This document shows positions 9,936 through 17,650 of a DNA stretch of 20,000 nucleotides, one piece after another. The position numbers and the translations under genes were made by a program. Every line of letters begins with the position of its first letter. The stretch's first letter is position 1. Location: sequence record SRR31156797_201, one strand, 5' to 3'. Under the pieces are notes generated by a model, which saw nothing but the letters and a program-made list of their open reading frames with translations, did not search any database and had not been told where the DNA came from.

Positions 9936-10019
9936 TGGTTAATAGTTTTTTGTAATCCAATTCAATTGGAGTGTTTGTTATTGTATTTGCTTTACTATGT
10001 TTTTTAGAATTATAAGTTC

Positions 10020-10050
10020 AAAAAAAGCCTGCAGAATTTCTGCAGGCTTC
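10020..10050 (-). terminator. Intrinsic terminator/attenuator in the lysC leader
   Basis: Minus strand reads GAAGCCTGCAG-AAATT-CTGCAGGCTTTTTTT, about 85 nt before the lysC start and oriented towards lysC. Confidence 0.88.
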
Positions 10051-10091
10051 TATATTTTATGAGCGTTACATTATTCTACATACAAGTTTTA

Positions 10092-10148
10092 TCACAACTG
10101 TTTATTGCGTTTAATCTGTTTCTTGTGTTTGTAAACTAATATCGTCAT
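10092..10148 (-). CDS. Putative Lys-rich leader peptide of lysC-lysA (MTILVYKHKKQIKRNKQL)
   Basis: Read manually: ATG ACG ATA TTA GTT TAC AAA CAC AAG AAA CAG ATT AAA CGC AAT AAA CAG TTG TGA. Five of 18 codons are Lys; A-rich sequence precedes the ATG; the stop is about 41 nt before the terminator. Confidence 0.68.
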   Translation of the reverse strand: MTILVYKHKKQIKRNKQL

Positions 10149-10258
10149 CTCTTTTTTTTAATTTCTGATGTAAAGATGTATAAAATCCGAACAAAAACAA
10201 TGAAATATTTTCAAATTGTTAAAAAATTAACTGAAAATTATTTTTCAAACGTTTTAAA

Positions 10259-10603
10259 TTAAAATAGAATTCCATTCCAGCCCCAAAAGCCTCTTGGCAC
10301 ATCCATAAATTCAACATACACTCTGTCTTTCGGAATTTTTAGTTTCTCTTCAGCCAAACACGCAAACTTATTCGATAAATCTTTTGTTTTAGTATCTGGT
10401 AATCCGATACTTTTTAGTTGAAGAAAAATGGCTGGATCATTCATTCCTCCTAAGGTCATCTCAATTTTAGGCTCAAATGCTGTCATTACATATTTCTCTG
10501 GTTTTCCCAGTTCGAAAGAAATTAATGTGGAGCATTCTTTCAGAAAATCTTGTTGTTTTCTGCTTGAAAAACTTTTGTTAGTTTGAACTTTTAAATAGGG
10601 CAT
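10259..10603 (-). CDS. MIF-like phenylpyruvate tautomerase family protein
   Basis: N-terminal MP(YLKVQTN) gives the catalytic Pro1; LGKPEKYV, LKSIG, IPKDRVYVEF, WGWNG. Confidence 0.92.
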   Translation of the reverse strand: MPYLKVQTNKSFSSRKQQDFLKECSTLISFELGKPEKYVMTAFEPKIEMTLGGMNDPAIFLQLKSIGLPDTKTKDLSNKFACLAEEKLKIPKDRVYVEFMDVPRGFWGWNGILF

Positions 10604-10736
10604 ATGTAAAAGTTTTAAGGTTAAGAATCAATTGTATAAAGATCTTTAAATAGGTGTTATTCGAAGTAATTTCTCTGAATAACAAGGCATAAGTTATTAT
10701 TTAATCATCTATTTACAAAATTAAGGAAGTTCTTCT

Positions 10737-11093
10737 TTAATTGGATTCTAGTTCCGTTTTAGCATTTTCAACGGTCTTTTTCGAGTTGCCAATAAATATT
10801 TTATCATTGATTAAAAGGACTGGTCGTTTCAAAAATGTGTATTCAGATAGAATGTAATTCTTATAATCATCTTCGGTTAAATTTTGATCTTTAAGTCTAA
10901 GTTCTTTGTATTTCATAGCGCGGCGGCTAAATAAACTCTCATAAGAACCGGCTAGTTTAGCCATCTCTTCCAATTGTTCAGATGTTATTTTATCCAATTT
11001 AATGTCTTGTTGGATAAAATCAGAATCTAAATTCAATTCTTTAATAATACGTTGACAAGTTGAACAATTTCCAAGGTGATATATTTTCTTCAT
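10737..11093 (-). CDS. ArsC/Spx/MgsR family thioredoxin-fold protein
   Basis: IYHLGNCSTC (CxxC), LFSRR, LKRP; 118 aa; 6 bp downstream of the LysR gene. Confidence 0.88.
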   Translation of the reverse strand: MKKIYHLGNCSTCQRIIKELNLDSDFIQQDIKLDKITSEQLEEMAKLAGSYESLFSRRAMKYKELRLKDQNLTEDDYKNYILSEYTFLKRPVLLINDKIFIGNSKKTVENAKTELESN

Positions 11094-11099
11094 TTTCTT

Positions 11100-11996
11100 T
11101 TATTTACTATTACTTATTATTTTATCTATAATTTCTTCTACTTGTTTTAGGTTTTTACTTTGAGTCTGGATCGCGAAATATTTGTCGTAATATGTGGTTT
11201 GCACTCCTTGCCACAATTCCTTAATTGTTCCTGTTTCTATCAATTCATTGCAAACACTTAAAGGTAACAAACACAAACCTTCGTTTTGTTGAATTGCGCT
11301 TAGAATTGCAGTAAGGTTTGGAATAACATACCTGGGTTTAAAATATGGACGTTTTTTGAAATTGTCTATCCAAAATGATTTAATGGTTTCCATTTTATGA
11401 GAATAGGAGTACCAATTTTGTTCGCTAAGCCATTTTTCAGCTTCATCTATTTTTTTTTCATAAATAAAGCGATTAAAAGGAACTGTGTCTAAATCTTTAC
11501 TACATATTAAAATCACTGCTTCTCTGCACAAATGTCTGTATTCAATGTTTTGATAATTGTGTTGTAGTGTGGTAATAATTAAATCCAGTTGCTTTTTGAA
11601 TAATTTATCCTGTAGGTTCTCGGTTTCTCCAAAAGTGAACTCAACATTCATGTCTAGTTGATCCAATATGGATGCAAATGCATAACTAAACATTTCCATG
11701 GGCATTCCAACTCTGGCTGTAGGTCTGTTTTTTAAGGTTCTTCGTTTAAAATTCTCTTCGGTTTTTTCCAATCTTATTATGGCATCTTCAATTTGATTGT
11801 ACAACTGAATTCCATGAGGTGTTGGTAACATTTTACGAGGTTTACGCTCAAATAATTTTACTCCCATATAAGTTTCGAGTGCGGTAAGCTGTTGACTAAC
11901 TCCAGGTTGTGTAAGAAGTAAAGTTTCAGCTGCACCAGTTAATGTGCCTCGTTCATATATTGCTTTAAATGTTCTGTACCATTCAAGATTTACCAT
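11100..11996 (-). CDS. LysR family transcriptional regulator
   Basis: N-terminal HTH 'TLTGAAETLLLTQPGVSQQLTALE...LFER'; 298 aa; divergent from the DJ-1/YqhD genes. Confidence 0.95.
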   Translation of the reverse strand: MVNLEWYRTFKAIYERGTLTGAAETLLLTQPGVSQQLTALETYMGVKLFERKPRKMLPTPHGIQLYNQIEDAIIRLEKTEENFKRRTLKNRPTARVGMPMEMFSYAFASILDQLDMNVEFTFGETENLQDKLFKKQLDLIITTLQHNYQNIEYRHLCREAVILICSKDLDTVPFNRFIYEKKIDEAEKWLSEQNWYSYSHKMETIKSFWIDNFKKRPYFKPRYVIPNLTAILSAIQQNEGLCLLPLSVCNELIETGTIKELWQGVQTTYYDKYFAIQTQSKNLKQVEEIIDKIISNSK

Positions 11997-12091
11997 GTCG
12001 AATAAATAAATTTATATAAAAGTATAAAAAGAATAACTTTATTTATACATGAGAAGGTCTTAAATTTGTGTTAAAATATTTCAGGAAAGTT

Positions 12092-12763
12092 ATGCCAAAA
12101 GTATTGTTCGCTTTAACAAGTCATTTTAAAGATGAGAATGGATGGGAATCTGGATGCTATGTGTTAGAAGTAGCAGTACCCTATTTTCATTTAATTAAAA
12201 ATGGAATAGATATAGATTTTATATCTCCTAAAGGAGGTACAGTTCCAGTTAAAAAATTGGATTTGGATGATCCTAAAGTTCAAAGTTTCTTAAAGGATAA
12301 AGAGGCAGGTGAGAAATTTTATGCATCGAAATTACCTAGTGAGGTAAATCCTGAGGATTACGATGCCATTTATTTTCCAGGAGGTCATGGAGTCGTTTTT
12401 GATTTGCCAAATGATAAGGAAATAGCGGATATTGCTAGTAATATATATGAAAATGGAGGGTTTGTATGTGCAGTTTGTCACGGAGGAGCTGGGCTGTTAA
12501 ATGTGAAAAAATCGAATGGTAAAAATCTTATTGATGGAAAAAATGTAACCGGCTTTAGCAATTGCGAAGAAATTGCGATCGGCACAGACACAAAAGTTCC
12601 TTTTCTTTTAGAGGATGCCTTAAAAGAGAAAGGAGCAAACTACTCATGTGCTGCAAACTGGCAGGAATATGTTGTAGTTGATGAACGAATAATTACAGGA
12701 CAAAATCCAGCATCAGATCTGTTGATGGCTAAGGAATTGGTAAAAGCTTTAAAGAAGAAATAA
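12092..12763 (+). CDS. DJ-1/PfpI (Hsp31/glyoxalase III-like) type 1 glutamine amidotransferase-fold protein
   Basis: VLFALTSH, E..VPY, FPGGHG, AVCHG (nucleophile Cys), VTGFSN.EE, ITGQNPAS. The ATG at 12092 is preferred to the GTG at 12068. Confidence 0.9.
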   Translation: MPKVLFALTSHFKDENGWESGCYVLEVAVPYFHLIKNGIDIDFISPKGGTVPVKKLDLDDPKVQSFLKDKEAGEKFYASKLPSEVNPEDYDAIYFPGGHGVVFDLPNDKEIADIASNIYENGGFVCAVCHGGAGLLNVKKSNGKNLIDGKNVTGFSNCEEIAIGTDTKVPFLLEDALKEKGANYSCAANWQEYVVVDERIITGQNPASDLLMAKELVKALKKK

Positions 12764-12787
12764 TAATTATAAAACAAATAGATAAAG

Positions 12788-13942
12788 ATGGAAAATTTTG
12801 ATTTTTACAATCCGGTAACGGTATTATTTGGAAAAGGAAAAATTGCTGAACTAGATAAGCACATTTCTAAGGATGCTAAAATATTAATGACTTATGGTGG
12901 CGGAAGCATCAAAAAAAATGGTGTTTACGATCAGGTTATGGAAGCATTAAAAGATTTTAATGTAACCGAATTTGGTGGTATTGAGCCTAATCCTCATTTT
13001 GAGACCTTAATGAAGGCAGTTGATATCGTACGTGATGAAAAGATTGACTTTCTTTTGGCAGTTGGTGGAGGTTCCGTATTGGACGGAACTAAGTTTATTG
13101 CAGCAGCAGCTAACTATAAAGGTGAAGATGAGTGGGATATTTTGTCTAAAAGAGCAAATATTGATTCTGCTGTCGAAATAGGTGCAGTACTTACTCTTGC
13201 AGCAACTGGTTCGGAAATGAATAGTGGCGGGGTAATTACCAAAGCAGCTACAAAAGAAAAGATGGCTTTTGGTAATCCGTTGTTGTTTCCTAAATTTTCA
13301 GTCTTAGATCCGGAAACAACTTACTCATTGCCAATGAGACAAATTACAAATGGTATTGTTGATGCTTACGTTCATGTAATGGAGCAGTATTTGACTTACC
13401 CAGTTAATTCACCAGTTCAGGATCGTTTTGCCGAAGGATTGTTGTTGACCTTAATTGAAGAAGGTCCTAAGGCAGTAGCTACCGAGACTCCCAATTATGA
13501 GAACAGAGCCAACTTGATGTGGGCAGCTACCATGGCATTAAATGGTTTGATTGGAATGGGTGTTAAGAGTGATTGGGCAACTCACATGATTGGTCACGAA
13601 CTAACCGCTTTCCATGGTATTGATCATGCCGTTACTTTGGCAATTGTTCTTCCTGGATTGTTGACTCAACTGAAAGAACAAAGAGGAGAGAAGTTGTTAC
13701 AGTATGCTGAAAGAGTATGGAATATTACTGAAGGTACTGATGAGGAGAGAAAAACATTGGCAATTCAGAAAACAGAAGAATTCTTCCAAAGTGTTGGTAT
13801 TGCTACTCGTTTGAGTGATCACAATGTTGGACAGGATAGCATTGATATCATTTCGAATCGATTTAAAGAAAGAGGATATGTTGGTATGCTTCCAGATGTT
13901 GCAGTAACGGATGTTGCTGAGATTTTAGAAGCTCGTTTATAG
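12788..13942 (+). CDS. yqhD: NADPH-dependent aldehyde reductase / iron-containing alcohol dehydrogenase (YqhD/BdhA family)
   Basis: TYGGGSIKKNG (NADPH motif), GGIEPNP, AVGGGSVLDG, ATGSEMN, DWATHMIGHELTA.HGIDHA. Confidence 0.88.
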   Translation: MENFDFYNPVTVLFGKGKIAELDKHISKDAKILMTYGGGSIKKNGVYDQVMEALKDFNVTEFGGIEPNPHFETLMKAVDIVRDEKIDFLLAVGGGSVLDGTKFIAAAANYKGEDEWDILSKRANIDSAVEIGAVLTLAATGSEMNSGGVITKAATKEKMAFGNPLLFPKFSVLDPETTYSLPMRQITNGIVDAYVHVMEQYLTYPVNSPVQDRFAEGLLLTLIEEGPKAVATETPNYENRANLMWAATMALNGLIGMGVKSDWATHMIGHELTAFHGIDHAVTLAIVLPGLLTQLKEQRGEKLLQYAERVWNITEGTDEERKTLAIQKTEEFFQSVGIATRLSDHNVGQDSIDIISNRFKERGYVGMLPDVAVTDVAEILEARL

Positions 13943-13963
13943 GAAATTATAAAAAATGGAATG

Positions 13964-13997
13964 AAAAGTCCTTCTCATATCGAGAGGGACTTTTTTT
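13964..13997 (+). terminator. Intrinsic terminator
   Basis: AAAAGTCCTTCTC-atatc-GAGAGGGACTTTTTTT. Confidence 0.9.
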
Positions 13998-14143
13998 GTT
14001 TGCCTTCGATCTTATTGTGTTGAACGACGTTCCATTAGAGTTGGTCGACAACTTTAAATATCTGATATTTTTGGTCTGTAATTTGCATCCTGTCAGGCGA
14101 ATCCGGATGAAATAGTAATTGTAGAATGATTAAAATTTAGAAA

Positions 14144-14821
14144 ATGAGAAATTCAATTAAGAAGAGATATCGTAGTATTTATTTGTTAGGAATAACTATG
14201 ATGAGTATGGCATTTTTAGCGTCATGTGATGATGAGGGAGCTGAATATGTTGATGAATTGGATACAATCGTAACAAGATATGACGAGAGTTTTGACTTTG
14301 AAGGTGTTCAAACCTATGTAATGCCAGATACCGTTATTTATGTACCCGAAGTGAGTATTAAATCGGAATCAAGAGAAGAATTTGATGAAGTGGTATTAAA
14401 GCAGGTTGCTGAAAACTTCGAGAAGATGGGATATACTCGATTGGAAGAAAATGCGGATGGATCTGAAGATCCAGATGTGATTGTAACGATCAGTTTAATG
14501 GAGAGAGATGTTTATGCTGTTTATCCGTATCCCGGATATTGGTACGACTACTGGGCTTGGTACGATTGGGGATATTGGGGTTTCCCATGGATTGGACCTG
14601 GATATTCGCCTTATTACCCTCCATACTGGGGAGTATATTCTTACTCAACAGGAACTTTGGTTGTAGATATGATTCAGCCAGTTCAGATTGATGAAGAGAA
14701 TCATGTTCCTGTAATTTGGAATGGCTTATTCAATGGAATTGCTTCTTACGGGCTTGATGAGAGAATGCTGGAAGGTATCGACCAAATGTTTGAGCAATCA
14801 CCTTATTTATCACAACAATAA
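14144..14821 (+). CDS. Lipoprotein (DUF4136-like)
   Basis: Lipobox FLAS-C28 followed by acidic DDEG; Tyr/Trp/Gly/Pro-rich loop; 'GTLVVDM...IWNG...GIDQMFEQSP' pattern. Confidence 0.75.
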   Translation: MRNSIKKRYRSIYLLGITMMSMAFLASCDDEGAEYVDELDTIVTRYDESFDFEGVQTYVMPDTVIYVPEVSIKSESREEFDEVVLKQVAENFEKMGYTRLEENADGSEDPDVIVTISLMERDVYAVYPYPGYWYDYWAWYDWGYWGFPWIGPGYSPYYPPYWGVYSYSTGTLVVDMIQPVQIDEENHVPVIWNGLFNGIASYGLDERMLEGIDQMFEQSPYLSQQ

Positions 14822-14833
14822 AATTAGCGGAGT

Positions 14834-15442
14834 ATGAAAAAGATTAGCATATTAATTATTGCACTTATTACCATTGGAACATCATTAGATACTTTGGCAC
14901 AAAAAAGAGGTTTTGTTTCTATAGCATGGAAAACAGGATTAACACTAAATGATTCTAAAAATTATGCAGATGAGTTTAGTTTAGAAGGAGGACAATTTGG
15001 ATTTGAAAGATTTGTAGCCAAGAATTTGAGTTTAGGTATGGATTTAAGTTATTCTCATTTTTATGAGGAATCAGGGAGAATTAGCTACGAAACAGGCAAT
15101 ACAACATATACCGGATCGGGTTTTAAATATTTAGATGCAACACCAATATTGGTAAGTGGGAAATATTATTTAGGTCTGGATAAGCAAGATGCTAAAATAG
15201 TTCCTTATGTTGGAGTAAGTACCGGAACTTACTATATAAAGGAGAGATTAGAGATTGGGTCCATTGCATTTGAAGATGATGGTTGGGCTTTTGGCTTTGC
15301 TCCTCAAGCCGGATTTATGGTACGATTGGACAAAAAAGCATGGTTCTTTACCGATTTTACCTATAATACTATTTTCGAGAGTGGAGATATTGATAAGCAT
15401 ACCTATCTTACCGGAAGCTTTGGGATTAAGATTGGTTTTTAA
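14834..15442 (+). CDS. Small outer-membrane beta-barrel protein (OmpW/porin-like, about 8 strands)
   Basis: Signal peptide; 'GKYY...PYVGVSTG', 'FGFAPQAG'; C-terminal GF; 12 bp after the lipoprotein gene. Confidence 0.8.
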   Translation: MKKISILIIALITIGTSLDTLAQKRGFVSIAWKTGLTLNDSKNYADEFSLEGGQFGFERFVAKNLSLGMDLSYSHFYEESGRISYETGNTTYTGSGFKYLDATPILVSGKYYLGLDKQDAKIVPYVGVSTGTYYIKERLEIGSIAFEDDGWAFGFAPQAGFMVRLDKKAWFFTDFTYNTIFESGDIDKHTYLTGSFGIKIGF

Positions 15443-15461
15443 TTACTTATAAATAATCAAG

Positions 15462-15496
15462 AAGAGGTCATGCCAGTTTATGGTATGACCTTTTTT
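15462..15496 (+). terminator. Intrinsic terminator
   Basis: AGGTCATGCCA-gttta-TGGTATGACCTTTTTT. Confidence 0.88.
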
Positions 15497-15529
15497 AGTG
15501 TTAAGAAATTATGAAATATGGATTTGAGG

Positions 15530-15567
15530 TTTGCAAACTTAAAACAATGTCGTATGTTTGCGTCATT
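15530..15567 (+). promoter_or_regulatory. Bacteroidota sigma-A promoter of the ars operon with an overlapping putative ArsR operator
   Basis: TTTG (15530-15533), 19-nt spacer, TATGTTTG (15553-15560) match the -33/-7 consensus. An imperfect inverted repeat AATGTCGTA-tgtt-TGCGTCATT (15546-15567) covers the -7 box. Confidence 0.75.
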
Positions 15568-15588
15568 AGAAATAGGAGATGATATCAT

Positions 15589-15915
15589 ATGAAGAAACTA
15601 GAACTTTTCGAAACAGAACAACAGGAAATAGCTGCAATGGCAAAGGCTTTATCTCATCCGGCGCGAGTTGCAATATTGCAATTCCTCGCAGCAACACCTA
15701 CTTGTATTTCTGGTGATATATCTGATTTTCTTCCTTTAAGTAGAACAACCGTTTCTCAGCATTTAAAGGAATTAAAATCAATAGGATTGATAAAGGGAGA
15801 TGTGGAAGGATTGAAGATTAAGTATTGTTTGAATGAGGAGGGAATAAGTAAATTGAAGAGTTTATTTGGAGATTTTTTAAGAGAAATAACTCCTACAGAA
15901 AATAATGTGTGTTAG
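15589..15915 (+). CDS. arsR: ArsR/SmtB family repressor
   Basis: KALSHPARVAIL, TVSQHLKELK..GLI; first gene of the ars operon. Confidence 0.9.
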   Translation: MKKLELFETEQQEIAAMAKALSHPARVAILQFLAATPTCISGDISDFLPLSRTTVSQHLKELKSIGLIKGDVEGLKIKYCLNEEGISKLKSLFGDFLREITPTENNVC

Positions 15916-15993
15916 TGAAATTTAAAGAAGAACGGAACAAGACTCAATAGATGAATGTCTTGTTCATTCTTAAATCTAAAAGAGAATAGAAGA

Positions 15994-16416
15994 ATGAAAG
16001 TATTGGTTTTGTGTACAGGAAACTCATGTAGAAGTCAAATGGGTGAAGCAATTTTAAGAGAGATTAATCCAGAATTGGAAGTAGTTTCGGCGGGAACAAA
16101 AATTGCAGATCAAGTGCATCCATTAGCCGTGAAAGCTATGGAAGAAATTGGTGTTGATATCAGCTCTCAACGTCCAAAAATGGTGGATGAGTTTTTGGAA
16201 GATGGCGTTGATTATTTGATCTCTGTATGTGGTGGAGCAAAAGATGCTTGTCCTGCCTTTTTAGGACCTGTTGGAAAGCGTTTGCACATTGGTTTCGACG
16301 ATCCAGCTTATGCTGAAGGAACAGAAGAAGAGATATTTGAGGTGTTTAGAAGAGTGAGAGAAGAAATTCGTAGAGATTTCGCAAAATTTAACGAGGAGTA
16401 CATCCTAAACAAATAA
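15994..16416 (+). CDS. arsC: Arsenate reductase (LMW-PTPase fold, thioredoxin-coupled)
   Basis: [14 protein letters not shown]...ACP, FDDPA. The start is probably the ATG at 15994 (MKVLVL). Confidence 0.92.
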   Translation: MKVLVLCTGNSCRSQMGEAILREINPELEVVSAGTKIADQVHPLAVKAMEEIGVDISSQRPKMVDEFLEDGVDYLISVCGGAKDACPAFLGPVGKRLHIGFDDPAYAEGTEEEIFEVFRRVREEIRRDFAKFNEEYILNK

Positions 16417-16420
16417 GAAA

Positions 16421-17500
16421 ATGGGCGCGTTAAACAAGAAATTATCATTTCTGGACAGATATCTTACTTTATGGATATTTGCTGCGATGGCTATAGGTGT
16501 AGGAGCAGGTTATTTCTTTCCATCGATGGCAGGCTTTTGGAATAAGCTATCGGTAGGAACAACCAATGTACCTATTGCAATAGGTTTGGTGATCATGATG
16601 TATCCACCTTTGGCTAAGGTTAAGTACGAAGAATTAAAAGATGTATTTAAGAATCGTAAAATTCTGCTTCTTTCTTTGGTGCAGAACTGGATATTGGGTC
16701 CAACTTTGATGTTTGCATTGGCAATTATTTTCTTACAGGACTATCCTGAATACATGACAGGATTGATTTTGATAGGTTTGGCAAGATGTATTGCTATGGT
16801 AATTGTTTGGAACGATTTGGCGAAAGGAGATCCGGAGTACGCAGCTGGATTGGTTGCTTTCAATAGTATTTTTCAGGTATTGTTCTTTTCTGTTTATGCT
16901 TATGTATTTATAACCGTATTACCAGAATATTTTGGTTTGCAAGGATCGGTAGTTGATATTACCATGGGCGAAATCGCCGAAAGTGTATTGATCTATTTGG
17001 GAATTCCATTTTTTGCAGGCATGATTACTCGTTACTTTGGTATTAAAGCCAAAGGCAAAGAGTGGTATCAAAAGAAATTCATTCCAAAAATTAGTCCGCT
17101 TACCTTGTTTGCTTTGTTGTTTACTATTTTTGTGATGTTCTCTTTAAAAGGAGAATACATTGTGCAATTGCCATTCGATGTGGTTCGCATAGCAATTCCA
17201 TTGGTCATTTACTTTGTAATCATGTTTTTGATTTCCTTTTTTATGGGGAATAAATTTAAAGCAGGATATGCAAAAACAACAAGCTTGTCGTTTACAGCAG
17301 CGAGTAACAATTTCGAGTTGGCTATTGCAGTTGCCATTGCGGTATTTGGAATCAATTCGGGTGTTGCCTTTGCAGCAGTAATTGGTCCATTGGTTGAGGT
17401 ACCGGTTTTAATTGCACTCGTTAATGTTGCCTTACGATTTAAAGACAAGTATTTTAAGGGAAAGGTAGATGTTGTAAAGTGTGCGAATGATGTAAAATAA
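16421..17500 (+). CDS. acr3: ACR3 family arsenite efflux transporter
   Basis: [47 protein letters not shown]; multiple TM helices. Confidence 0.96.
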   Translation: MGALNKKLSFLDRYLTLWIFAAMAIGVGAGYFFPSMAGFWNKLSVGTTNVPIAIGLVIMMYPPLAKVKYEELKDVFKNRKILLLSLVQNWILGPTLMFALAIIFLQDYPEYMTGLILIGLARCIAMVIVWNDLAKGDPEYAAGLVAFNSIFQVLFFSVYAYVFITVLPEYFGLQGSVVDITMGEIAESVLIYLGIPFFAGMITRYFGIKAKGKEWYQKKFIPKISPLTLFALLFTIFVMFSLKGEYIVQLPFDVVRIAIPLVIYFVIMFLISFFMGNKFKAGYAKTTSLSFTAASNNFELAIAVAIAVFGINSGVAFAAVIGPLVEVPVLIALVNVALRFKDKYFKGKVDVVKCANDVK

Positions 17501-17542
17501 AATATTGTCAAGTGTATTATTGACACTTGTTTGTAAATTCCT

Positions 17543-17574
17543 AAACCGTGGTTCATTCGAATCACGGTTTTTTT
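17543..17574 (+). terminator. Intrinsic terminator of the ars operon
   Basis: AAACCGTGGTTC-attc-GAATCACGGTTTTTTT. Confidence 0.88.
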
Positions 17575-17650
17575 GTGCAACAATTTATCAATTGAATCAA
17601 GTTCATCATCGGTGATAATCCTTATATTTGGATAAACAAAAATAAAATCA

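Noticed and set aside
9936-10258. Lysine (L-box) riboswitch upstream of lysC
   Set aside because: The region is very AT-rich and I see no L-box conserved core or multi-stem structure. A uORF plus terminator explains it better. An Rfam scan would be decisive.
10737-11093. Second functional arsenate reductase belonging to the ars system
   Set aside because: It is of the ArsC/Spx/YffB-like CxxC type, often with no demonstrated arsenate activity, and it is linked to lysR rather than the ars operon.
12068-12091. GTG start for the DJ-1/PfpI gene
   Set aside because: The family begins at M-x-K-V-L, so the ATG at 12092 fits better.
15955-15993. N-terminal extension of ArsC (MSCSFLNLKENRR)
   Set aside because: This ATG lies inside a hairpin. 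The family normally starts at MKVLVLC, and the ATG at 15994 has an A-rich context.
17508-17528. Small inverted repeat CAAGTGT-N7-ACACTTG after acr3
   Set aside because: Short, with no U tract, and the true terminator follows at 17543; no function can be supported.
15530-17574. ars operon as a mobile resistance island
   Set aside because: No integrase, transposase, terminal repeats or tRNA nearby; it looks like an ordinary chromosomal arsR-arsC-acr3.
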